Shown: piece after piece, positions 14,101-26,100 of the stretch
Position numbering within the stretch: position 1 is the stretch's first letter
How the letters are laid out: each line of letters begins with the position of its first letter
From: Malacoraja senta
Lineage: Eukaryota
Direction: 5' to 3'
DNA: 64,000 nt
NCBI GenBank assembly: GCA_038087875.1
Contig: CM075985.1
Coordinates: forward strand, 25,234,001-25,298,000
Translations under genes and position numbers: made by a program
Notes under the pieces: model-generated
What the model was told of the DNA's origin: nothing
What the model saw: only the letters and a program-made list of their open reading frames with translations
Databases searched by the model: none

Positions 14101-17100
14101 GTTATTATTAATTTAGGGTAGTGAGGGAAGGGTTTTGTGGGGAAGGGGTGAAGTTGACGGAGAGTGGAAAATACAATTCATGGGGTTTTAGAGGCAGACA
14201 AATCTTTAATTCATGCCAAAGCAGGCTTCATAGTTCCATTGAAGCTTGCATCTGCTGGTGTGAACTCTTGGGATACATCTCAGAAGCATGGATGAAAATT
14301 GAAGGAAATCCACAGAAATGTATTCAAAATGGTTTTTTTTAAGAAGAATTTGGTCATGTAGTGCAAATGACCATGGTGTTTTGTTGAATAATTTTTAGTC
14401 AAATGTGTTAACCCACCCAGCACCCAATCATTGTTCAGAATGATTTTCATGTTGTTCAATTAATTTTATACAAAGAATTATGAAAAGAACAAATCAATAT
14501 TGCAATGTGAATGTACATCATGATACATGGAACCAGCTACAGTATAATTTGTACAAACCTCATCACAGGTTGAATTATAAAAGCATGTTAATTTTTTCTC
14601 TATCACCGTGCCTCCTGAACATCTGTAGTAATTACATGTATTATTGGGATCAGACCATTCATCACCATCCTGAAAAACAAAAGCAGAAATATCAGCGATT
14701 GTCAACCTGAGTAGCGAAGAGCTCTCTCAAAGATGTTATGTGGGTTGTGGTTGTAAATATTCATGTGGTAAACACAGCTCCACTGATTGCCAAGGAAGCC
14801 AACCTCAGCTGAAGTATTAATAAAATCAGTACAATTATTTGCTGTGGGTTGCAGTGGCAAAATCAGCTACGTTTTTCTGTTCCAAATAATAAGTGTGGAT
14901 GTCAGACACAAAATTGATAACTCTGTTGTAATTCTCCACATCTTGTAACCATCCTTGTCAAACTTCAGATATGAATCTTGGTCTTTATCAGAAGATGCTG
15001 CAGGATAGGTACTGGATTTAAATTAATGCCCCTACATAAATGAAAGTATTGTGACTTTCATAACTGCAAATAAAATTGGAAAATATATTTGGAAAAAATT
15101 GTGAGAAATTCATTAAAGTTTGGGATTTCAGCTGAAAAGAGATATTATGCTTTATAAAATCAGTTCATGTTTGAAAGTAATCATTGGCTACGCATAGAAT
15201 AAGCTATAACATATCTTACTTAGAGTATGCTTTCTTTGCCCAACTGTGGAACAAAAATTAATATCGTTCCTTATTTAATTTTGATTGGAATTGAACAAGG
15301 TAACAAAGGGGTGTATTGGAGTTGACAATTGGAAATCTCTCATGACCAGGTGTTGAAGAAAATCCATGGGAAACAGCAAAGTAGATTAGATGCTTTTACC
15401 TCCTGTCTGGGAATGTGATGAATTGTGAATGGTAAATGTAAATAAGAAATAGAAGAAGATAATGAAGTTTGTTTAACTTTCTCTCAGAAGTTACTGTAGA
15501 TCACGCGCCCCCTATCGCTGGTAGCGTAGATACGTTGCAGTAGATGGGAGGCTTACGATTGGCTTGGAATAATGTCACGAGGCCTTTGTATTGTGTCTGA
15601 ATTGTATTAATCATTTGTTGTTGAATAAGATTAACATAAGCGAACCGTATGCAATGACTAATTAAATCATTGGTACCCATGTAGTAGATAGTATATTTTC
15701 GTATCTAAAAAGTAAACAAAAGCTGTTTACTGCACAGTATAACTGTCAGCTAATTCTGCTGTGAAGTCAGGGAATTGGTGAGCAGTTTTCTGCTGCCATC
15801 TCTCCATGATATCATGTAATAAAGTCTCTTGACACAAACCTGCAAAGTCTGTTACTTTTGGTTTTTCTTTAATTTCCCTCTAAATTAATTTCTTCCACAC
15901 CAAATGTTCAGCAATACTTCCAGGAGAGTTCTTAAGGAAGTGATTATACTTAATTTACAAACCAAGTCATTCGCCCTCAGAACTCCTCTGCAGCCAGGTC
16001 TGGATCTGCCTCTCTGTATATATCCACAATGTTGCCCTTCCGTCACAGATTGTACAATAATAATTGGTAAAGCAAATCCTGGTTGATTTATGAAGAGCAA
16101 TTTATTCAGAAATTTAATCATGGGTTTTCTCGTGCAGTGAAATTCCGTGGTTCAACCTACGCTGAAGGGATTCACACAATTTCAATTGTGGTTGGACAGA
16201 TTGACACTGAAGTGAAATCTGAAGCAACAGCATCAAGCAAATTTAGAAGATTATTCAGTGAAAACAGATACTGTACATCATGCGAGGATCATCTACATAA
16301 CCATCTGGAAAATGAAAGCCGTTTTGTGACTGATGCTAAATATAGGATTCTAAAAGCAAGAGATACAAAATGTAATTGGATATGGTGCAGAGTTTTGCGA
16401 TAATGCCAATGACACAGGCCCCTTGATTTAAAGGAGTGCAGAAGAGAGAGATCCTGTGCATCTAAGGACATCACGTGAGAGGGTGCTCCATGGGTTAAAG
16501 GGGAGACATAATGGCAAATAAAATTACAATCAGTAGATTTATAGTGTAAGCTGCAGAAGACAACAATCTGCCAATACAAGGTAGCATCAGAATGGTGGTT
16601 CACCCCTTGTTTTTTTTGGGAAAGGTTCACGGATCCAGACTAGATCTCAGATCAGCAAGTGAGAGGTAAAGGAAAGGCTGGAATGATGGGGGGGATCGGT
16701 GGAACTGAGAGGGAAACAATTAAGTTAAGAGAAAGGAAGCTGAGAGGAAGGAGTTCTCCCTGTTACATCCTACCTCTGGGATTGCTGCCCTTTCCCAGGA
16801 ACTACCACTGCATCCATACCATTTCTAGCCTGCTGCTCAGGGAAAGTCACTTCATAACAGTTGATGGTTTTACTACGGGCTTGAGAGAAATAGGGGCCGT
16901 GGGGAGTACTTGGTTAGTGGAGATAGAGGCAGAGAATTCTGAAGGATAGAGATAAGGATAGACGAGCAAAGAAAGGAAGAACGTCAAGTGAGAGGCTGTA
17001 GAGGTTGGGGGGATGGAGTGTGAAGGATGGGAGGAGATAGTTTGGAAGAAGGGGAAGAAGTGAAGGTCAATAGATCCACAAGCAAAACATGAACTACTAG

Positions 17101-20100
17101 AGGAACTCAGTGGGTCAGGCAGCATCTGTGGAGACAAAGGGGTGGTCAACTTGACATTTGCTCCTTTTTTTCGAGAAGAGATCCAGCCACCGGACCAAAG
17201 CGAAGGTGAAGGTGGAAACATAGGGCAAAGGCTTCTGTACATAAACATGTGTATATTGAGTGCATATGTCTTGACAGGCACCTGGATCTTGTCCACACAA
17301 ATGTTTGTCTTAACATTCATGTATCAGGCTTGGTCCCTGTCACTTTGTACCCCCTCCTCCTACCACTGTATCAAAACATTACTCTGTAAGTCCACATGGT
17401 TGCCTGGGATGTATTGGCTATCCCAAGTTAAAATAAGTCACAGATTGACAACTTCCATCCCTCAAGATGATGTTGAGGACCTGGACATTCCCAACAGATA
17501 CAGAACTGGAATACACTTTGCTATCATTGTCCAAGCATTCAGAAACCTGGTACTGGCATCACTGCTCTGCGGGTAGTAGGTACATCACCATAGTCACAGC
17601 CATATAGCATGGAAACAGACCCTTCAACCCAACTGGTCAATGCCAAACAAGATGCTCATCCTGCGCCCAGCAGGTAAATATTTCCCTAAAGCTTTCCTAT
17701 CCATGTACATGTTCAGATGTCTTTTTAATGATGCCATCATACCTGCCTTAGGAACTTCATCTGGCAGCTTTTTCCACCTACCCACTATCCACTCTGTGTT
17801 TCCTCTTAGCTTCATGCACTACATGTGCTAGACTGCCCAACATTTCTCTATTCCAATCATGTACCCAATTAACTAGTTCTCTAATGTTGCAGAGCAGCCT
17901 ACCATGTGGAATAGACTATGTCGATGGCCCTGTCATCATCAAAGTTTTTGGTTACTTCTTCCAAAACCTCAATCAAATTTTTGACACAATTTCCCACACA
18001 CAAAACCACGCTGACTATCCTGAGTCAACCCCACTCTTTCCTAATGCTTGTATATCTTATTCTTCAGAATCGTCTCCAGTAACTTTCCTACCACATATGT
18101 TAAGTTATAGGTCTATTGTTCTCATGTTTTCTATGTAATCCTTCTTCATTAGAGGCAAAATATTATCTACCCTCCAATCTTCCAGCACCCTACCTGTGCC
18201 ATAAGAAACGATTCATATATCTCAGTAAGGACTGCTGCAATTTCTTCCCATAATCTTCATGGATAAACCTGATCAAGCCCAGAGATTTATGTACCTTTTG
18301 GATCAGTACGCTGGAAAATGAATACTGTTTTAATAGGTTAAGCTATGTTATCAAGAATGAGCTTGTCTGTTGGCTCGTGAACTTCTCCTCTGAAACAATC
18401 CTTTGGTAACGTTTGTTTGGCAAGTGAGTAGCATAAACTAACTCCGACTCCTCCTCCTGACAAAATACCTGCAGCACAGAGTTGCCATTACCATGTTTTG
18501 ACAAGAGCCAAACACAAGACCTCATTGCAATATACCTGATCCAGATACTAACACCTATTAGATTAGATAATCATATGCATGAGAGACCACAAGAACGTCT
18601 GCATAACCGTCATTGAGTTCCAATTCAATGAGTGATTTTCAGAGATAATTTTAACGCCTGAGAATCCAGAACCTTCAAAAAGCCAGTTGAACATCATGAG
18701 CCAAATTAGCATTTTGTGCAGAAGAACTCAAAGTTATGTGACATAATTATAATAGTGCAATTTTACTAAATGACTATGTGACACCAGAGTTCATTATTGT
18801 GCATTTAAAAGTTTACTCTGAACTCCAGGTAATAAATCTAGAAAACAATCTAAAATTCAAGATGAGTTTCGACTATCATAATATAAGAACTCCGTAACCT
18901 CATGAGGTTTTGCCCTGATATTTGACCACACAAAATAATTTTACTTAAAGTAAAAGTATCAGAAAATACAAAATAATTTTCATGCACTCACATTTCTGAA
19001 GTTTCCTGAGTAGTCTGTGCATTCTGTAGGAAAGAGAGATGTGGAATGACTAAATTTGTGTTACCTTTTTGAGTTGTAGGAGGGCTTTATCTGAATTATA
19101 GTTTATAATTGTTTTACTGTTTTGTGGAAATATAACATACTAGTACATAAAGGAACACATTGTGTCGCATCAAAGAAAAGAATGCTATGTTCAACCAAGC
19201 AGCCAAGAGGAATTCGTACGCAGTTAGGAAACCTCCAACAGGAATTGATCAGCTGTCACATTTTAATAAATTGTTTTACTGTTGACATTTCCTTCATCGT
19301 AGAATCATGTGGGAGGGTATGCTTGCTGCTACATTTCTTCATTTCTGTCAATCTACAAATGACTATTTTGCTGCCATCTCGAACAATCCTCGAACAAGAG
19401 TGGTACTCTTGACACTTCGATTGTGGATTTCATGAAGAATTTACAAGGCGCTTCTTATTTCAGAAGTTGTTCTCCTATTTTCCGACTGAGAATTATTAAA
19501 TATTTGCGGTAACACCATAAACAGGCAAGAGGGAAATATAGAGCTTCACTTTAACGTTACCTACCATATGTAGTGCTGGTAGTGGGCTCAGTTGATGATG
19601 TTGTTGGCGTTGTTTCTTGAGGAAGAAGATAAAGTTTTATCAACCAATGTAGCTGAGAAGAATTAGTATGAAGTTGAAAAAGCTTCAAAAGGAAATGTTT
19701 AAGCTGGGAAATTGCGTCAGAATGTTTTACCCTGTTATTTTCTTAATTGCAGAATAAAGTTGCAGGGCCTACTAAATTTATACCTCACTCTCTCCTTGTC
19801 AATTCAGCAGCTGAATATTTCAGTGCCATCACAAATAATTACGCTCTCTTTCATAGCAGCACGAATATGTTTTTCAGAAATTGCAGCTGATCAGGCATTT
19901 AGTAAGATTGAGTTGGCACAGTTATGCAGCTGGTAGAGCTTCAGCCTCATAGTGTTAGAGATTTGTATTCTATCTTGACCTTGGGTGCTGTCTATGCTGG
20001 GATTGCACGATCTCCCTTTCACTGCCTGTGCTCCCTCCAAGTTTTTAACAGTGGATTATACTAACCTGGAGTAGTGATGGTGGTGGTCCCAGATGTTGAT

Positions 20101-23100
20101 GTAGTTGTTTCTAGTGAAATAAAAGAATGTTATGTTCATCCAAGAGAGCCAAGGAATTGTTATGCAGTTAAGAAACCTTCAACAGGAATTCATCAACTGG
20201 CACCTTTTAATAAAACATTTTACACTTGACATTTCCTTCATTGTAGAAAAAAGTGGGAGGACATAGTATGCTGCTAAATTTCTTTAACTCTGTCAAATAG
20301 CATATTAATATTTCCATGACATCTCGATCAATCCTGCACTCTTGACTCATCGATTGCGGATATCCCTGCGTATAGAAACGCGTCTTCCATACACTGTATG
20401 GTCTTCTTTATGCCATTATTACTAACAGTATAGTTGGATGATTCATGCCCCTAATGTAAGCGAAGATAAAAGAATGGAGCCACAGAGCTGATGTTAGAAA
20501 TGTTGATCCATTGTCTAAAGATTTGCCAATGTTTATTGAAAGTGGTTTGAACTATTTTGAAATTGTGTCGTAATTTGGTATAATTGTTATGAACCAAACA
20601 TTGATATCTTAACATGTATATTTGCACCAATTTATGCCAAAAATGTCAGCAAAGATGCAAGATGGAAGTCACAGAGCTGATGTTAGAAATGTTGTCTCAA
20701 TGTCTTCAATTTGCCAATGTTTATTGAAAGTGGTTTGTCTCACCTGTTGTGGAACTGGAGGTGGACTCAGTTGTACCAGTTGTTGAAGATGTTGTTGGTG
20801 TTGTTCCTGGAGAGCAAATAGAAAAGCATTTACAAATTGAATTGCAAGAGTCACCAATCAATTTCAGTACGATACTGCACATTTTCCTGAGACTGGGCTG
20901 AATTTTAACAATGTTCATTGCTCGTGCCAAACCAAAGGACATTTAGCAGTTAACCAAAATTTTGCTTCGTCATTTATCATGGACCGAAATTATGACAAGA
21001 CATTGTGATTTTTCAAAGAAAGTTCTGAACTCATTTATTGATCCATTTTGGAAAAATCATTGAGCAGAAACAAAACTGTTTAACTGCGTTGCCATGACCA
21101 AAAACTCCCGGAAAAGTGGAAGAGGCGAAGGGAAGAGACCTTTTCTAAAAAAAGTGAAAATCCTTATCCATGTCAACTGAAAAGTGCCAGCCTCAATGCT
21201 GTTTTTAAAATTATTGCAGGCAACCAGCACCAAAAGGCCTCCTTAATTTGATAGTTGCTTCTATATTTTCATGGTGAGATACTACATTTTGAAATAAAGC
21301 AATGAACAAATGTTCATGAAGAGGGTGCTATATAGAGCTTCACTAAACAAAGCACAGTCCTAAAGGAAAAGCTAACAAGATTGATAGTTGATGTTACTAA
21401 CCTGATGAAGTGCTGGTGGTGGTCTCAGTTGTTGGTGTCGTTTCTAGTGAAAGAAAAGATTGCTGTATTCAAGTGGGGCAGCCAAGAGGAATTGGTACAC
21501 AGTTATAAAGCCATCAACAGGAATTCATGAGCTGGCAGATTTTATGAAATTGTTTTAATATGTAGATTGGTGACTTCTTACTAATATAAGCGAAGATAAA
21601 CTGCTCAGCAACAACAGACTGTGTCCCCCGCGGCCTCTCCACGGCGTTCAGCGCCCAGCTCGCCTATTTCACCACCTCCACTCGGTGGGTCTCCGGTGCC
21701 GTCCCCGGTCACTTCCCCGTCACTTCACCAGTGAATTGAATGAAGCATGCGGTCATACTATACGGCTGCATTACTTTTTCCTTGTACATCAGCAGCTGAA
21801 TATTTCAGGGCCATCATAAACAATTTCAAACTCTTAATGTACCAACTTCAGATTTTTTGCAAACTCAGCATTCAGCACCAAAAAGGCCTCCTTAATTCAG
21901 TAGTTGTTTCTATATTTTCATGGTGAGAAACAACATTTTTGGAATAAAGGAATGAACAAATATTCCTGAAGAGGGTGCTATATAGAGCTTCACTAAACAA
22001 AGCACAGTCCTAAAGGAAAAGCTAACAAGATTGATAGATGATGTTACTAACCTGATGTAATGCTGGTGGTGGTCTCAGTTGTTGGTGTCGTTTCTAGTGA
22101 AAGAAAAGAATGCTGTATTCAAGTGGGGCAGCCAAGAGGAATTGGTACGCAGTTATAAAGCCATCAACAGGAATTAATGAGCAGGCATATTTTATGAAAA
22201 CGTTTTACTAGTTGTCACTTTCTTCATCAGTGAATAAAGCATGCGGCCATACTATACGGCTGCATTACTTTTTCCTTGTCTTTCAGAAATTGCAGCTGAT
22301 CAGGCATTTAGTAAGATTGAGTTGGCACAGATGTGCAGCTGGTAGAGCTGCAGCCTCATAGTGTTAGGGATTTGTATTCTATCCTGACCTCGGGTGCTGT
22401 CTATGCTGGGATTGCACGTTCTCCATTTCACTGCCTGTGATCCCCCCCAAGTTTTTAACAGAGGATGATACTGACCTGATGTAGTGGTGGTCCCAGATGT
22501 TGATGTAGTTGTTTCTAGTGAAATTTAAAAAATGTTATGTTCCACTGAGACAAACAAGAGGAATTGTTATGCAGTTTAGAATCCTTCAACAGGAATTTAT
22601 CAACTGGCACCTTTTAATAAAACATTTTACACTTGATATTTCCTTATCAGTGAATAAAGCGTGCGGCCATACTATGCGGCTGCATTACTACTTCCTTGTC
22701 AATCAGCAGCTGAATATGTCAGGGCCATCACAAACAATTTCAATTTCTTAATGTACCAACTTCAGATTTTGTGGAAGCTCAGCAAGTATTCCAAGAACTA
22801 CTGATCAGAAATTTAGAACATAAGGAGCGGTAAAGTGCCACAGCTGGTGCAACTCCTACCTCACAGCACCAGAGACTTCAGATTGATTTGTCCCGTGGGT
22901 GTTGTGTTCATGGAGATTACATGTACTCCCTGTTAGGTGTCCCTTTCCTACAAGTGTCTTAAATATATTGTCACTAACCTGATGTAGTACTGGTAGTGGT
23001 CTCAGTTGTTGATGTAGTTGTTGGTGTTTCTAGTGAAAGAAAATAATGCAATATTCAACCAAGGCAGCCAAGAGGAATTGGTATACAGCTAACTATTGGT

Positions 23101-26100
23101 AGTCAGGAAACCATCAGTAGGAATTCATATGCTGGCACACTTTATTAAAATGTTTAACAGATGGCATTTTTGTTCTTCATAGAATAAAATTGTAGGGCAA
23201 AATATACTTTTGATCAATCAGCAGCTGAATATTTCTGTGCCATCACAAATAATCCTGTGCTATCTATACACCAGTTGCGGACTTCCTGGAAGATCAACCG
23301 TCTTCCAAAGACCGCAAGGTCTACTTAATACCATAATTTCTAATAGTATGGAATGTGTGTACTATGGGTAAGCATGTCTGTTCATATGTCCCATTGATAC
23401 ATGATTCTCAACTTGCATAAAATGTGTTCATATTAATCATGGTTTTGTTTTTTGCTACGGAATGTCCGAAGAAATAGAGAAGCAGAAAACACCAACACAT
23501 ATCCTCCACAAATCTGAACTATTTTGAAATTGTGTCATAATTTGGTACAATTGTTATGAGCCAAACATTGACATCTTAACGTGTATATTTGCACAATTTA
23601 TGCCAATAATGTCAGCAAAGATGCAAGAAGTAAGTCACAGAGCTGATGTTAGAAATGTTGTTTCATTGTCTTTGATTTGCCAATGTTTATGGAAAGTGGT
23701 TTGACTCACCTGTTGTGGAACTGGAGGTGGACTCAGTTGTACCAGTTGTCAAAGATGTTGTTGGTGTTGTTCCTTGAGAGCAAATAGAAAAGCATTTACA
23801 AATTGAATTGCAAGAGTCACCAATCAATTTCAGTACGATACTGCACATTTTCCTGAGACTGGGCTGAATTTTAACAATGTTCATTGTTCGTGCCTAAGCA
23901 AAGGACATTTAGAAGTTAACCAAATTTTGCTTCGTCATTTATCAAGGACCGAAATTATGAAAAGACATTGTGATTTTTCAAAGAAAGTTCTGAACTCCTT
24001 TATTGATCCATTTTGGAAAAATCATTGAGCAGAAACAAAACTGTTTAACAGCGTTGCCATGACCAAAAACTCCCGGAATAGTGGAAGAGGCGAAGGGAAG
24101 AGACCTTTTCTATAAAAGTGAAAATCCTTATCCATGTCAACTGAAAAGTGCCAGCCTCAATGCTCTTTTTAAAATTATTTAGGCAACCAGCACCAAAACG
24201 CCACTTTAATATGGTACAGGCTTCTATATTTTCGTGGTGAGAAACTACATTTTTTTAATAATGGAATGAACAAATATTCCTGAAGAGGGTGCTGTGTAGA
24301 ACTTCACTAAACAAAGCACAGTCCCAAAGGAAAAGCTAACAAGATTGATAGATGATGTTACTAACCTGATGTAGTGCTGTTGGTGGTCTCAGTTGTTGGT
24401 GTCGTTTCTAGTGAAAGAAAGAATGCTGTATTCAAGTGGAGCAGCCAAGAGGAATTGGTACACAGTTATAAAGCCATCAACAGCAATTCATGAGCTGGCA
24501 CATTTTATGAAAGTGTTTTAATATGTAGATTTGTTACTTCTTCAGAATATATGCAAAGATAAACTGCTCAGCAACAACAGACTGTGTCCCCCGCGGCCTC
24601 TCCACGGCGTTCAGCGCCCAGCTCGCCTATTTCACCACCTCAACTCGGTGGATCTTCGGTGATGGCCCCGGTCACTTCCCCGGTCACTTCCCCGTCATTT
24701 CACCAGTGAATTGAATAAAGCATGCAGCCATACTATACGGCTGCATTACTTTTTCCTTGTCAATCAGCAGCTGAATATTTCAGGGCCATCATAAACAATT
24801 TCAATTTCTTAATGTACCAACTTCAGATTTTGTGGAAGCTCAGCAAGTATTCTAAGAACTACTGATCAGAAATTTAGAACATAAGGAGCGGTAAAGTGCC
24901 ACAGCTGGTGCAACTCCTACCTCACAGCACCAGAGAAGTCAGATTGATTTGTTCCACAGGTGTTGTGTGCATGGAGATTACATGTACTCCTGTTGTGTGT
25001 GCCTTTCCTACAAGTGTCAGAAATATATTGTCACTAACCTGATGTAGTACTGGTTGTGGTCTCAGTTGTTGATGTAGTTGTTGGTGTTTCTACTGAAAGA
25101 AAATAATGCAATATTCAACCAAGGCAGTCAAGAGGAATTGGTATACACCTAACCATTGGTAGTCAGGAAACCATCAGCAGGAATTCATATGCTGGCACAC
25201 TTTATTAAAATGTTTAACAGATGGCATTTTTGTTCTTCGTAGAATAAAATGGCAGGCCAAATTATATCTGATCAATCAGCAGCTGAATATTTCTGTGCCA
25301 TCACAAATAAACCTGTTCTCTCTATATACCAGTTGCAGATTTCCTGGAAGATCAACCGTCTTCCAAATACCGCAAGGTCTACTTAATACCATATTTTCTA
25401 ATACCATTATTCGTTGATCCATTTTTGAAAAATCTTTGAGCTGAAACAAAACTGTTTAACAGCGTTGCCATGACCAAAAACTCCCGGAATAGTGGATGAG
25501 GCGAAGGGAAGAGACCTTTTCTATAAAAGTGAAAATCCTTATCCATATCACTGTAAGGTGCCAGACTCAATTCACTTTTTAAATTATTATTGCAGGCAAT
25601 CAGCACCAAAAGGCCTCCTTAATTCGGTAGTTGTTTCTATATTTTCTTGGTGAGAAACTACATTTTTGGAATAAAGCAATGAACAAATAGTCCTGAAGAG
25701 GGTGCTATATAGAGCTTCACTAAACAAAGCACAGTCCTAAAGGAAAAGCTAACAAGATTGCTGGATGATGTTACTAACCTGATGTAATGCTGGTGGTGGT
25801 CTCTGTTGTTGGTGTCGTTTCTAGTGAGAAAAAAGAATGCTGTATTCAAGTGGGGCAGCCAAGAGGAATTGGTACGCAGTTATGAAGCCATCAACAGGAA
25901 TTCATGAGCTGGCATATTTTATGAAAACGTTTTACTAGTTGTCACTTTCTTCATCAGTCAATAAAGCATGCGGCCATACTATATGGCTGCATTGATTTTT
26001 CCTCGTCTTTCAGAAATTGCAGCTGATCAGGCATTTAGTAAGATTGAGTTGGCACAGATGTGCAGCTGGTAGAGCTGCAGCCTCATAGTGTTCGAGATTA

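Noticed and set aside
15885-17576. Cluster of 60-157 aa ORFs in the intron between the 14669 and 18992 exons
   Set aside because: Looks like degraded repeat sequence (including a Penelope-type end near 17080-17140). Both flanking exon ends are phase 0 and form a continuous VWC-like domain without it.
23687-23884. Recurrent 60-65 aa ORFs (MNIVKIQPS..., MNTAFFF..., MQFRILQQ...) as a family of small repeated genes
   Set aside because: They are intron sequence read through or across micro-exons. Only the GTTPTT...STT part between AG and GT is coding, and they recur because the DNA is repeated.
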